In this document: positions 28,971 through 39,162 of the stretch, in pieces
How positions within the stretch are numbered: position 1 is the stretch's first letter
Layout: every line of letters begins with the position of its first letter
The notes under the pieces: generated by a model
What the model was told of the DNA's origin: nothing
What the model saw: the letters and a program-made list of their open reading frames with translations, nothing else
Databases searched by the model: none
Position numbers and translations under genes: made by a program
Origin: a virus
Direction: 5' to 3' (one strand)
Length of the DNA: 64,000 bases
IMG/VR virus record: IMGVR_UViG_3300020183_000011

Positions 28971-30560
28971 ATGAAATATTGGGTGTACATGCCAATATGG
29001 AATGATTCTGACTTAGTTCGTGTTGTTTTAAAACATTATGAAACGGCAGATCGTATTATATTTTATGATGCAGGTTGCACTGATGACAGTATTGATATTA
29101 TTAAATCAGCTGGTCGTGAAATTAGACAGTTAGAAACTAATAGACTATGTGATAAAACTAATATAAAAATGAAAAATGAGGCATGGAAAGAGTCACGCGG
29201 TCATGCTGATTATGTTATTATTGCCGATACAGATGAATTAATCTTTTTCCCAAAATACCCAAATGATATAATTTCAGCTTTAACTGAGTGGAAAGAAAAT
29301 AAAATAACACACAGTTCAGTTATTAGTATAGCAATTATTATTAAAGATGATGAATTTAAAAATTGTTTAGCTAGACTTTCAACGCATCAACAACCAAACT
29401 TATCTGCACTTAAAGGACTACGAGAAGATCCAATACACAAGCTTATCAATAAAGATCCTTATATGTATGATAAGCCAATGATATTTAATCCTAATGCTAT
29501 TGTAGAAACTAATTTTCAAGTAGGTCAACATTATTGGAATCCACAATTTAATCAACCATCATTAGAATGTATAGATAAACCCGTTATGCTTCATTGGAGA
29601 TATATAGGGCAAACACGTGAATTTAATAGAACTCAGACTACTCGAGAGAGGATTAAGCACCAATTTAATTTGGGATATGGTATACAGTATGATTTAACTG
29701 ATAAACAAATTGAAGATAGGACCAAATGGATATATGATCAAGGTGTTCATATAAATCTATTCCCAATATTTAAAAGAGTTATTCCATTTATTGGATCAAA
29801 AGATTTTCTTTGTTATACACATAATGACGATGATTATATAAGCAGACAGATTGCAAGCGGTAAAACTTGGGAGCCAAGTGTGGCTGCAGCGATAGCTAAA
29901 CTATGCGATAATAAAACATTATTCATTGATATTGGGGCGAATATAGGATTACATTCATTTACTGCTGCAATGTGTGGAGCTAGAGTATTAGCGTTTGAGG
30001 CACACCCGCTTACATGTAAATTATTAAAAACATCTATTAATGCAAATGGTTGGCAAAATAGGATAACTGTCAGAGAAGTTGCGTGTTCAAATACAGATGG
30101 AGATGTTATAAATTTAATAGATGATCCGCATAACATGGGCGGATCGAGTCTTGAAATTAGAGCATCTGGAACAAAATATTCTGTAATTACCTCACAAATT
30201 GATTCTGAATCTATATGTCCGTATTCTACGAATATAGTAATTAAAATGGATGTGGAAGGGCATGAAGAATTTGTAATTAAAGGTATGACCAAAACTTTAG
30301 ATGACAATAGAGTATCATCCATAATAGTAGAATTAAATCCTATGATAAAATCCGAACAATCTTTGATTCAAAATGTGTATGATCCATTAATTAATTTAGG
30401 ATTTTCTGATGTAAGGATTTTATTAAAACACCCACCCAATAATTGGGAAGGAGATCCAATACAACCGGGATTGCCCGATCCTATTTTGCAAACCGAACAG
30501 TATGTTTCTGAGCTATTATCTAAAGGAGTAATAGTAGAATTACTTTTTATTCGTTCCTAA
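28971..30560 (+). CDS. GT2-like glycosyltransferase fused to FkbM-family methyltransferase
   Basis: YDAGCTDDS and ADTDE; C-terminal WEP, FIDIGANIG, AFEAHP, KMDVEGHE. Confidence 0.85.
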   Translation: MKYWVYMPIWNDSDLVRVVLKHYETADRIIFYDAGCTDDSIDIIKSAGREIRQLETNRLCDKTNIKMKNEAWKESRGHADYVIIADTDELIFFPKYPNDIISALTEWKENKITHSSVISIAIIIKDDEFKNCLARLSTHQQPNLSALKGLREDPIHKLINKDPYMYDKPMIFNPNAIVETNFQVGQHYWNPQFNQPSLECIDKPVMLHWRYIGQTREFNRTQTTRERIKHQFNLGYGIQYDLTDKQIEDRTKWIYDQGVHINLFPIFKRVIPFIGSKDFLCYTHNDDDYISRQIASGKTWEPSVAAAIAKLCDNKTLFIDIGANIGLHSFTAAMCGARVLAFEAHPLTCKLLKTSINANGWQNRITVREVACSNTDGDVINLIDDPHNMGGSSLEIRASGTKYSVITSQIDSESICPYSTNIVIKMDVEGHEEFVIKGMTKTLDDNRVSSIIVELNPMIKSEQSLIQNVYDPLINLGFSDVRILLKHPPNNWEGDPIQPGLPDPILQTEQYVSELLSKGVIVELLFIRS

Positions 30561-30565
30561 ATAAT

Positions 30566-30594
30566 TGTACTTTATAATTGTATTATAGTATAAT
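30566..30594 (+). promoter_or_regulatory. TGTACT-N17-TATAAT promoter (gp55)
   Basis: Motif seen directly. Confidence 0.75.
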
Positions 30595-30623
30595 GATCTT
30601 AATAATTAACATAGGTGATATTC

Positions 30624-31181
30624 ATGTCGGACAAGAAACCGGTGCACTACGTAAACAATGTCGACTTCCTCGAAGCGATCAAAAAATATCAAAAGCAATG
30701 TCGCGAAGCAGAATCTGGTGGAGATCCTAAACCACCGATATCAAATTATCTTGGTGAATGTGTATTAAAGATAGCAACTAAACTAGCTAATCGCCCCAAC
30801 TTCATAAATTATTCCTATAAAGATGACATGATCCTCGATGGTATAGAGAATTGTATCATGTATTTTGACAACTTTAATCCAGAAAAATCGTCTAATCCAT
30901 TCTCATACTTTACTCAAATCATTTATTATGCTTTCCTTAGACGTATTGAAAAAGAAAAGAAACAATCATACATACGTGGTAAACTCATAAGAGATAATAC
31001 TTTTGAATCCTATGAAACACAAAACCACGACGATGATGACTTTTATAACGGGTTTATTGGATTCATGCAACAACACGGAACGTTTGATGATAAGTTTGAA
31101 GAGCGTATAAAAAATAAACGTAAGAAAAAGAAGGACACTATAACTTTAGATACTTTTATTGAGGACGAACGTAGTGAGTAA
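30624..31181 (+). CDS. gp55: Late-transcription sigma factor gp55
   Basis: HYVNN, RPNFINYSYKDDMILDGIENC, NPFSYFTQIIYYAFLRRIEKEKKQ. Confidence 0.96.
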   Translation: MSDKKPVHYVNNVDFLEAIKKYQKQCREAESGGDPKPPISNYLGECVLKIATKLANRPNFINYSYKDDMILDGIENCIMYFDNFNPEKSSNPFSYFTQIIYYAFLRRIEKEKKQSYIRGKLIRDNTFESYETQNHDDDDFYNGFIGFMQQHGTFDDKFEERIKNKRKKKKDTITLDTFIEDERSE

Positions 31182-32232
31182 ACTAATCATCTTGGGCGAC
31201 ACCCACTTTGGAGTAAGAGGAGATTCTCTCAAGTTTCATTCTTACTATGAGAAGTTTTATAGTCAATGCTTATTTCCTTACATGCAACAGCATAATATCA
31301 AGGCTATATATCAACTAGGAGATCTATTCGATCGTCGCAAGTTCATTAACTTCAATACCCTAGCAGAATGCAAACGATACTTCTTTAATGAACTAGAGGC
31401 CAGAGGTATCCAACTCATAACACTCCTTGGCAACCATGATATATTTTGGAAAGAGTCGCTAGCTGTTAATGCACAATCATTGATCTTAGGTGAATACGAT
31501 AACATACTTGTCATAGATGAACCTACTCGTATACATGAAGATAATGCAAGCATTGATCTTATACCATGGATATGTAAAGAGAACGAGGATAAAGTATTCA
31601 AGTTCATCGATAATAGTAAATCTGAACTATGTCTTGGTCATTTTGAATTAGCTGGATTTCCTATGCATCGCGGCATGTATGCAGAAGAGGGACTATCTCA
31701 TGAGATGTTTGCAAAGTATGAACGAGTATTATCTGGTCACTATCATACAAGATCAAAAGCAGAAAACATAGAGTACATTGGTACACCGTACGAGATGACA
31801 TGGCAAGATGCTGGAGATCTAAAAGGATTCTCAGTGTTTGATACAGAGACAAGACAACTAGAGTTTATCCAAAACCCATTCACTATACATGAAAAGATCG
31901 AGTATAATGATAAAGATGTAGAACCAATCGATCTTACAACAATTGAAATAAAGGATAAGTATATTAAGTTAGTTGTTATAAATAAAACCGATCTATATAA
32001 ATTTGATAGGTTTGTTAACACACTATACGAACAACAACCATATGAAGTTAAGATCATCGAAGACTTATCAGAGTTCAACGAAGGTACCATTGATTCTGAG
32101 ATTAATTTGGAAGATACTGTTAGCATTCTTGGTAATTACATTGATTCCATCCAAACGGAAGGAGATAAAGAAGCTATTAAATCTTTCGTAAAATCCCTAT
32201 ATATTGAAGCAATTAACCAGGAGGTTGTTTGA
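31174..32232 (+). CDS. gp47: Recombination endonuclease gp47 (Mre11/SbcD-like)
   Basis: GDTHFG, GDLFDRRK, GNHD, GHFE, SGHYH. Confidence 0.95.
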   Translation: MSKLIILGDTHFGVRGDSLKFHSYYEKFYSQCLFPYMQQHNIKAIYQLGDLFDRRKFINFNTLAECKRYFFNELEARGIQLITLLGNHDIFWKESLAVNAQSLILGEYDNILVIDEPTRIHEDNASIDLIPWICKENEDKVFKFIDNSKSELCLGHFELAGFPMHRGMYAEEGLSHEMFAKYERVLSGHYHTRSKAENIEYIGTPYEMTWQDAGDLKGFSVFDTETRQLEFIQNPFTIHEKIEYNDKDVEPIDLTTIEIKDKYIKLVVINKTDLYKFDRFVNTLYEQQPYEVKIIEDLSEFNEGTIDSEINLEDTVSILGNYIDSIQTEGDKEAIKSFVKSLYIEAINQEVV

Positions 32233-33947
32233 TTATATTCAAGTCTGTCAGTTGGAAAAACTTTTTATCAACTGGTAATGTCCCAAATAAAGTCGAACTA
32301 AATGGTCACTCAACAACCTTAATCGTTGGGAAAAACGGTGAAGGTAAGTCTACTATCCTTGATGCACTTACCTTCTCACTGTTCAATAAACCATTTAGAG
32401 ACGTCAACAAGAATCAACTAGTAAACTCTATCAACCAAAAGAACTGTGTGGTTGAGATTGAGTTTGATATTGGTCCCACTAAGTACCGTGTGGTGCGAGG
32501 GATCAAACCAAATATCTTTGAGATATATCAAAACGGCACCATCATCAATCAAGACGCGGCTGTAAAAGATTATCAAAAAGTGCTCGAACAGCAGATCCTA
32601 AAACTTAATTATAAAACGTTTACCCAAGTCGTGATATTAGGGTCTGCTTCCTTTGTACCGTTCATGCAGTTACCTGTGTGGCAACGTCGTGAAGTCATTG
32701 AAGATATCCTTGACATCAAAGTATTCTCTACTATGAATATTATACTTAAAGAAAAGATGGTAGAAAACAAAGAGGAACTAACTTCTGTTGAGACAGAGAT
32801 ACGTATCATCACTGAACAAGCTAAAGCTCAAAAGAGTTTGATCGATTCTCTACAACACTCTAAAGATCAAAACGTTAAAGTCTTAAGAGATAAAATCGGT
32901 ACTAACATCTTAGAGATAAATGATAAGACACATCTTGTAAATCTACTCAATAAAGACATTGAAGAGTTGAACACTAAGTTAATAGATAAGCTTGATGTAG
33001 ATAAAAATATCGACACATGTAAATCAAACATGAATAAGTTATCACAGAAGCTTGCACAAGTTGATGAACACATCGAGTTCTTTACCAGTAATGAGACGTG
33101 TCCATCGTGTGAGCAAGGCATCCAACACGAACATAAAGATAAGATCATCGGTAAGATAACTGAAAGTAAACAGCAGATCACTAATAATATGGATACACTT
33201 AATTCTGCTTATGCTAAGTTGAGCATTGACTTACAAGAGAAGCAAGGCATACTTAATCAAATACAAGATAAGAACATCTTAATCTCAACAGAGATCAACG
33301 CGATGAACATGCTTATGAAAGCAAACAATCAGCTTGAAAAAGAGATCACTGAGTTATCTGTACAAGGCGATATCGATGTAGAGAAAGATAAGATCAAAAC
33401 ACTAGCTAATGAAGCTCTACAAAAGAATGAAGTAAAGATGACTCTTGTTAAAGAAAAACAATTGCAAGAGATAGCAAGCGTATTACTTAAGGACACTGGT
33501 ATCAAGACCACGATCATTCGTGAATACTTACCAGCTATGAACAAGTTGATTAACATGTACCTCTCAGCAATGGACTTCTTTGTTAAGTTCGAGCTCGACG
33601 AATCTTTTAATGAAACAATTAAATCTAGATTTAGAGATGAGTTCACGTATGCCTCGTTCTCAGAAGGAGAAAAGATGCGTATCGACTTGGCAATCCTATT
33701 TACTTGGCGCCAGATAGCTAAGATGAAAAACTCAGTCAACACCAACCTATTATTACTAGACGAGATATTCGACTCTAGTCTTGATGTGGCGGGTACTGAC
33801 TATTTCCTATCAGTGATGGATACACTTGGAGAAAACACCAATGTGTTCGTCATATCCCATAAAGGCGATGTGCTCCTTGATAAGTTTAAGAACAACATCC
33901 GCTTTGAAAAGACAAACGACTTCTCCACCGTAGTAACAAATTCTTAA
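32229..33947 (+). CDS. gp46: Recombination ATPase gp46 (Rad50/SbcC-like)
   Basis: GKNGEGKST, CPSC zinc hook, FSEGEKMRID, LDEIFD, ISH. Confidence 0.96.
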   Translation: MIIFKSVSWKNFLSTGNVPNKVELNGHSTTLIVGKNGEGKSTILDALTFSLFNKPFRDVNKNQLVNSINQKNCVVEIEFDIGPTKYRVVRGIKPNIFEIYQNGTIINQDAAVKDYQKVLEQQILKLNYKTFTQVVILGSASFVPFMQLPVWQRREVIEDILDIKVFSTMNIILKEKMVENKEELTSVETEIRIITEQAKAQKSLIDSLQHSKDQNVKVLRDKIGTNILEINDKTHLVNLLNKDIEELNTKLIDKLDVDKNIDTCKSNMNKLSQKLAQVDEHIEFFTSNETCPSCEQGIQHEHKDKIIGKITESKQQITNNMDTLNSAYAKLSIDLQEKQGILNQIQDKNILISTEINAMNMLMKANNQLEKEITELSVQGDIDVEKDKIKTLANEALQKNEVKMTLVKEKQLQEIASVLLKDTGIKTTIIREYLPAMNKLINMYLSAMDFFVKFELDESFNETIKSRFRDEFTYASFSEGEKMRIDLAILFTWRQIAKMKNSVNTNLLLLDEIFDSSLDVAGTDYFLSVMDTLGENTNVFVISHKGDVLLDKFKNNIRFEKTNDFSTVVTNS

Positions 33948-34073
33948 GTTATTGATTTATATAGCATAGTCACCCAGCAGCGCCCAGGACAGCGATCTTT
34001 TTTCCTAGATAGGCAAATATACCCTAATTGGGGCCAGGGGCCCATGTACATTAATCCGATATTAGGGTATAAT
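33945..34073 (+). promoter_or_regulatory. Early promoter cassette: IHF-consensus site (33945-33957, minus orientation), GC-rich segment and TGTACA-N17-TATAAT (34045-34073)
   Basis: TAAGTTATTGATT is the reverse complement of AATCAATAACTTA (WATCAANNNNTTR). Confidence 0.65.
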
Positions 34074-34096
34074 GTTATTTCAACTAGGAGAGATAT

Positions 34097-34279
34097 ATGA
34101 CAACACAAATCACTTATTACTTACAATTTTCACCATCACAAAATCGACTTATCATTGACACCAAACTTGCCAATGACTGTGAGCTCAAAGAATCTACTCT
34201 AGCATCATCTTGGATCCAAGCAAAATACAACTTTGGCTATCCTTTAACTAACTACCAAGAATATCTTCTAGATCAATAA
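34097..34279 (+). CDS. Small hypothetical early protein
   Basis: AGGAG RBS after a promoter. Confidence 0.6.
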   Translation: MTTQITYYLQFSPSQNRLIIDTKLANDCELKESTLASSWIQAKYNFGYPLTNYQEYLLDQ

Positions 34280-34296
34280 CTTACATAATTATTTAA

Positions 34297-34348
34297 TAAA
34301 ATCAATAACTTAGGGCCTATGTACATTAAATAGCCTTTTTGATATAAT
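34297..34348 (+). promoter_or_regulatory. Promoter cassette: IHF-consensus site (34300-34312) plus TGTACA-N17-TATAAT (34320-34348)
   Basis: 34297..34331 is identical to 36481..36515 (35 bp). Confidence 0.7.
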
Positions 34349-34370
34349 GGTTATATAAATCGGAGAGATT

Positions 34371-36467
34371 ATGACAAAAATTGACTTAGTAGCAAAATTA
34401 TTAGCAAATGAAAACCTAACTGTGGTACAAGCTCCAGTTAGTACTGCTTCGTTTGACATCGTAAACCGTACACTAAGACTTCCTCAGTGGAAGGACATGA
34501 CACAAGACTTACTCGACATGTTAGTAGGTCACGAAGTTGGTCATGCTTTATATACTACTGAGGAAGCATACGTAACAAACAACCCTTATAAAAACACACC
34601 ACACTTCTCAGGTTACATGAATGTGCTTGAGGACGTTCGTATTGAAAAACTTATGAAGCGCAGATATCCTGGTCTTCGTAAGTCATTCAACTTAGGTTAC
34701 AAAGAACTTAACGATCGCGACTTCTTTGGTGTAGCTAATGGTTTCAAAGACATGTTGTTGATCGATAAGATCAACCTATATTTCAAAGCTGGTTACTCAT
34801 GCGGAGTAACGTTTGACGAAGTAGAGAAAGCTTACGTAAGACGTGCTGAAGAGACTGAAACATGTGATGATGTCATCAATCTAGCTAAAGAGATTTATGA
34901 CTATTCTAAGCAAGCTATGGAAGACAAGATCGAAGAGATGAAATCTCAATCAGATCAACACGACGAGTTTGATGACGAAGAGAACGAAGAGCAAGATAAC
35001 ACACAACAGTTCGAAGCTGATGAGACTGAAGACTTAGAAGAGACTGAAGAGCAAAGTCAACCATCACCATCAACTAAGCAAGATCCATTAAAAGATCTTG
35101 AAGACAGCCTCGAAGATATGCTTGAATCGCAAACAGAAAAGTCACTTAAGAATAAGATCGATGAGCTTGCTGATACATCAGTTAGGTATGAGTACATTAC
35201 AATCCCTAAATTTAAAATAAATCCTTTGGTAACTTATAACGAAGTGTTCAAGCAACATTCTGAGTATCAAGATGAGCTTAATAACCATAAGCTTATTACT
35301 CAAGACGATATCGAACGCGCTGAGAAGTTCAAAGCTGGTTCAAAAAATATCGTTAACTATCTTATAAAAGAATTTGAGATGCGTAAGTCAGCACAAAACT
35401 ATAAGCGTGCTAAGATCGCTAAGACAGGTTCATTAGACGGTAAAAAGCTTTATGCATATAAACTCAACGATGACATCTTCAAACAAGTCATGACTATCCC
35501 TAACGGTAAGAACCATGGTATGATATTCTTATTGGATTGGTCAGCTTCTATGGACGGTGTATTACGTCCTACATTAGAACAAGTCATCTCATTAGCAATG
35601 TTTTGTCGCGGTGCTCAGATCCCATTCCAAGTATTTGCATTCACTAATGGATGGGATGATCGTCGCTATAGAAACGATGATGGCAGTCGTAAACAACTAT
35701 ACAGCGATAAAGAAGTAGATACGTATGGTCTTGTGATGATGGAGTTATTCTCATCTAAGATGTCTCAATCAGAATTCAACAAGATGATAACTATCACATT
35801 ATCAAGATACTTTAACAATATTGGTAACTTCAAGACATCTGGTACACCACTCAACTCAGCGTTAGCATGGTTATACAACTACATCCCTGAATTTAAGAAT
35901 AAGAACGGCATAGAAAAAACGACACTCATCACGCTGACTGATGGCGAAGGTGAACGTATAAGAACAGGCTATGACATAGTCAGTTCACGCAGGACATTCG
36001 TTGATAACAAAGATTATGTGACTACTAAACCATTCATATCTGATACAGTGACTCATAAACATTATCCTATGAATGACAGCGCAGAGCAAACTAAGTCACT
36101 ACTACAGATGATCAAAGATAGATACGCTATCACTACTGTAGGATTTTACATCACTCGTCCTTCATATAGATCATTAGTGATGGCTATGTCTACACATTAT
36201 GGTTATACTTCACAAGCTAGTTATTATTCAGCTATTGAGACCATGAAGCGAGACATGAGACGTAACGGCTTTACGACCCTTAAGGATACAGGTCGTGACG
36301 AGCTCTTCATAGTGGCTGAATCCAAGACTAAGATTGAAGAGGATAAAGAGCTTAATATAGGTACCAAGGAGAGTGCTGCCAGGATCGCCCGGGAGCTTAC
36401 CAAAGTACTCTCAAATAAGAAGACCAGTCGTATATTACTTAATCAATTCATAGGCTTGGTAGCTTAA
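34371..36467 (+). CDS. CobT-like metallopeptidase-VWA protein
   Basis: GHEVGH (HExxH), NVLEDVRIE, acidic linker, LLDWSASM (MIDAS), GTPLN, LTDGE. Confidence 0.85.
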   Translation: MTKIDLVAKLLANENLTVVQAPVSTASFDIVNRTLRLPQWKDMTQDLLDMLVGHEVGHALYTTEEAYVTNNPYKNTPHFSGYMNVLEDVRIEKLMKRRYPGLRKSFNLGYKELNDRDFFGVANGFKDMLLIDKINLYFKAGYSCGVTFDEVEKAYVRRAEETETCDDVINLAKEIYDYSKQAMEDKIEEMKSQSDQHDEFDDEENEEQDNTQQFEADETEDLEETEEQSQPSPSTKQDPLKDLEDSLEDMLESQTEKSLKNKIDELADTSVRYEYITIPKFKINPLVTYNEVFKQHSEYQDELNNHKLITQDDIERAEKFKAGSKNIVNYLIKEFEMRKSAQNYKRAKIAKTGSLDGKKLYAYKLNDDIFKQVMTIPNGKNHGMIFLLDWSASMDGVLRPTLEQVISLAMFCRGAQIPFQVFAFTNGWDDRRYRNDDGSRKQLYSDKEVDTYGLVMMELFSSKMSQSEFNKMITITLSRYFNNIGNFKTSGTPLNSALAWLYNYIPEFKNKNGIEKTTLITLTDGEGERIRTGYDIVSSRRTFVDNKDYVTTKPFISDTVTHKHYPMNDSAEQTKSLLQMIKDRYAITTVGFYITRPSYRSLVMAMSTHYGYTSQASYYSAIETMKRDMRRNGFTTLKDTGRDELFIVAESKTKIEEDKELNIGTKESAARIARELTKVLSNKKTSRILLNQFIGLVA

Positions 36468-36480
36468 TGAATATATCCAT

Positions 36481-36532
36481 TAAAATCAATAACTTAGGGC
36501 CTATGTACATTAAATCATATTTAGGGTATAAT
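36481..36532 (+). promoter_or_regulatory. Promoter cassette: IHF-consensus site (36484-36496) plus TGTACA-N17-TATAAT (36504-36532)
   Basis: 35-bp repeat shared with 34297..34331. Confidence 0.7.
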
Positions 36533-36564
36533 GGTTTTATATTAAATAAGGAGAGAACTATATT

Positions 36565-37800
36565 ATGAGATATAAAAGTGAACAAAAGCTTGAACTCCAA
36601 GCAAAGCTATTCGAGACTTATCCAGCCCTGGCTAAAAAGCCTGAGATCAGTAAGACGGATCTGATGGCAGTGGTAAATTCATTAGGTTATGATACCATGC
36701 CTTGGTTCATGATCGCTGGTCAAGTATCACGTGGTGTTTATAACGTGAAGGTGCCTACACACATTCCAAAACCTGTGCTTAAAGTGGTAAATACTCCAGT
36801 ACAAATCAAAAGCGAAGCTATCGTAAACTTCGAAAAGCCTGAGACATTGATCCCAGCCAAAGATCCTAACTATGTACCTTTCGGCAACTATACGGATCTT
36901 GAGACCATCATCAAAGCTGGTCTATTCTATCCAGCCTACATCGCTGGTCCTACTGGTAACGGTAAGTCAACCATGATCGAGCAGATCTGTGCTAAGTTCA
37001 AAAAGCCACTCATCCGTGTTAATCTTAACATGATGTCTGACGAAGAGCAACTCATCGGTGCTAAGACACTCGTTGATGGTAACGTACAAATCGTCGAGGG
37101 TCCAGTGCTCGTAGCTATGCGTAATGGTTACACACTACTACTTGACGAGATCGATGCTGGTTCAGCTAACACACTATTGTGTTTACAACCTATACTCGAA
37201 GGCAAGCCTTATTACTTCAAGCTTAAGAACGAGGTAATCGTTCCAGCTGGTGGTTTCAATATCATTGCTACAGCTAACACAAAGGGTAAAGGTTCAGACG
37301 ATGGTCGATACATCGGTACAAACGTACTTAACGAAGCATTCTTAGAGCGTTTCGCAGTGACATTCGAACAAGAGTATCCTAACGCAGCGACCGAAATGAA
37401 GATCGTTAAGAACCTCATGAAGCACTATAACTGTGAGGACCAAGACTTTGCAGACACCCTTATTAAATGGGCTGATGCAATCCGTCGTACGTTCGAAGAC
37501 GGAGGTGTAGACGAGACCATTACAACACGTCGTATGACTCACATCGTACGTGCGTTCAGCATCTTCAAAAAGAAGGACAAAGCTATCCAGTTATGTTGTA
37601 ACCGTTTTGATCCACAAACCAAAGCTGCATTCATGGATGTGTTCGATAAGATCTCGAACCCTCCACCAGAAGTAGTTAACTTAGGTGATGAACCAGTTAT
37701 AAGTGATGCTGCAGCCTACACTATCAGCGATGCTTATAATGCTGCGACAGCTGGTCAAACGGTAACACCAACTATACCGAATGGATCCAATGCAATTTAA
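36565..37800 (+). CDS. CobS-like MoxR-family AAA+ ATPase
   Basis: GPTGNGKS, LLLDEID, ATANTKGKG, LNEAFLERF, ITTRR. Confidence 0.9.
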   Translation: MRYKSEQKLELQAKLFETYPALAKKPEISKTDLMAVVNSLGYDTMPWFMIAGQVSRGVYNVKVPTHIPKPVLKVVNTPVQIKSEAIVNFEKPETLIPAKDPNYVPFGNYTDLETIIKAGLFYPAYIAGPTGNGKSTMIEQICAKFKKPLIRVNLNMMSDEEQLIGAKTLVDGNVQIVEGPVLVAMRNGYTLLLDEIDAGSANTLLCLQPILEGKPYYFKLKNEVIVPAGGFNIIATANTKGKGSDDGRYIGTNVLNEAFLERFAVTFEQEYPNAATEMKIVKNLMKHYNCEDQDFADTLIKWADAIRRTFEDGGVDETITTRRMTHIVRAFSIFKKKDKAIQLCCNRFDPQTKAAFMDVFDKISNPPPEVVNLGDEPVISDAAAYTISDAYNAATAGQTVTPTIPNGSNAI

Positions 37801-38125
37801 GGAACTGAAGCCAACACAGAAAATGTACGTGATCGAGGTGATGAATCGCTTCGATCATGATGCAGACGAGATTGAATTAATTGAGATGCAAGATTACCAT
37901 AAGATCATGCTTAGTAAACGTGACTCAGGATGTCCTAAGTTAGGTTATCCTAATTGGTTAATCGTATCAGAAAACAAAGTAGCAAAAGGTGTTTACAAAT
38001 TTCCGAGGCCCACTGACTCGGAATTGCAGGACTATCACAGTGGAAAAGTAGAAGCGGTGATTGACCTAACAAGGTTCTCACCATTATTAAATAACGTGAT
38101 CAAGGAGTACGGTCTAAAGCCGTAA
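37781..38125 (+). CDS. Hypothetical protein
   Basis: ORF overlaps the end of the ATPase gene; KLGYPNWL...KGVYKFP. Confidence 0.6.
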   Translation: MDPMQFKELKPTQKMYVIEVMNRFDHDADEIELIEMQDYHKIMLSKRDSGCPKLGYPNWLIVSENKVAKGVYKFPRPTDSELQDYHSGKVEAVIDLTRFSPLLNNVIKEYGLKP

Positions 38126-38254
38126 TATATTATGAACTTAAAAAAATTATTTAACTTTAATTCAAAAACAGGGTATAATAGCTTAGTATTTGGTGAGATA
38201 AGCGACAATCTTATCAAAAATTCCCATAAAGTCGCGATTTCAAGGAGTAATAGT

Positions 38255-38506
38255 ATGTCAGCAACAAAATCATTAATCACTTACCTTCAAGCAGGTAAAA
38301 CTGTAACAGCTAAGCAAATCACAGCTCGTTTCGGTCTTGCTAATCCGCATGAAGCAGTTCGTCAATTACGTATGAAGGGTTATGCAGTTTATGCTAACAA
38401 TTCAAAATTATGGAATGGCGAAACAACCACACGTTACAGACTTGGTAAACCAAGCCGTGAGATGGTGGCTGCAGCTTATCAAATCTTAGGTGGTTCAGCA
38501 TTCTAA
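38255..38506 (+). CDS. Winged-helix DNA-binding protein
   Basis: TAKQITARFGLANPHEAVRQLRMKGY (HTH) plus a beta wing. AAGGAG RBS before ATG 38255; promoter TTAACT-N17-TATAAT at 38151-38179. Confidence 0.75.
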   Translation: MSATKSLITYLQAGKTVTAKQITARFGLANPHEAVRQLRMKGYAVYANNSKLWNGETTTRYRLGKPSREMVAAAYQILGGSAF

Positions 38507-38532
38507 GATTGGTATCTCTAGTAAGTCAATTC

Positions 38533-38558
38533 GAGGAGGCGCAATGCCTCCTCTCTTT
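38533..38558 (+). terminator. Hairpin terminator
   Basis: GAGGAGGC-gcaat-GCCTCCTC followed by TCTTT. Confidence 0.65.
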
Positions 38559-38596
38559 AGTATTCTCAAACGAGAGTCTTAAACAGAGGAGACAGT

Positions 38597-38929
38597 ATGA
38601 GAAAAGACGAGCTAAAGATTTCACAAAGCAAAGATCACAAAGGTGGTCGTAAATTTGATGGAGGTAAACTACAATATGGTTTATTGCCTCCACTTGCTTT
38701 ACGTGAGACGGTTAGAGTATTGACATTTGGTGCAGAAAAATATGAGCCTGATAATTGGCGTAGAGTTCCAGACGGTCCTCGTAGATACTTTGATGCAGCA
38801 CAGCGTCATCTATGGGCATACAAAGAAGGCGAGATAAGTGATCCAGAGACTGGTATTAATCACTTAGCACATGCATTATGTTGTATTATGTTTATGTTAG
38901 ATCTTGATGAAAGTGAGTATGAGCAATGA
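38597..38929 (+). CDS. dATP/dGTP diphosphohydrolase domain protein (DUF5664)
   Basis: KFDGGKLQYGLLP, VLTFGAEKYEPDNW, AAQRHL, DPETGINHLAHA. Confidence 0.85.
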   Translation: MRKDELKISQSKDHKGGRKFDGGKLQYGLLPPLALRETVRVLTFGAEKYEPDNWRRVPDGPRRYFDAAQRHLWAYKEGEISDPETGINHLAHALCCIMFMLDLDESEYEQ

Positions 38930-39162
38930 GCAAAACAAGTAAAAATAAAATGAAAGCATGGCGTCGTATGGCAAAAAAATACTATGATCCAGAAAGAGGT
39001 GTATGGGTTAGAGTAGGCCGACAATTAAAGATGTTTACATCTGGTTATAAATCTCCAGTAAAAGCTATAGGTTTATTAGGAAATTTATTAAATAATATGG
39101 AAGATTCTAGTGAGATTTTAAAACGTTATAAGAAAGGGGTGAAGACAGATGAAACTAAGTAA
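38926..39162 (+). CDS. Basic hypothetical protein
   Basis: Coupled ORF with overlaps on both sides. Confidence 0.5.
   Translation: MSKTSKNKMKAWRRMAKKYYDPERGVWVRVGRQLKMFTSGYKSPVKAIGLLGNLLNNMEDSSEILKRYKKGVKTDETK

Noticed and set aside
36565-37800. Cobalamin-biosynthesis auxiliary gene interpretation of the CobS-like ATPase
   Set aside because: It is a generic MoxR AAA+/VWA pair, and no cobN or other cob genes are in the window.
38132-38254. N-terminal extension of the wHTH ORF given by the track
   Set aside because: It spans the gene's own promoter; the strong RBS supports ATG 38255.
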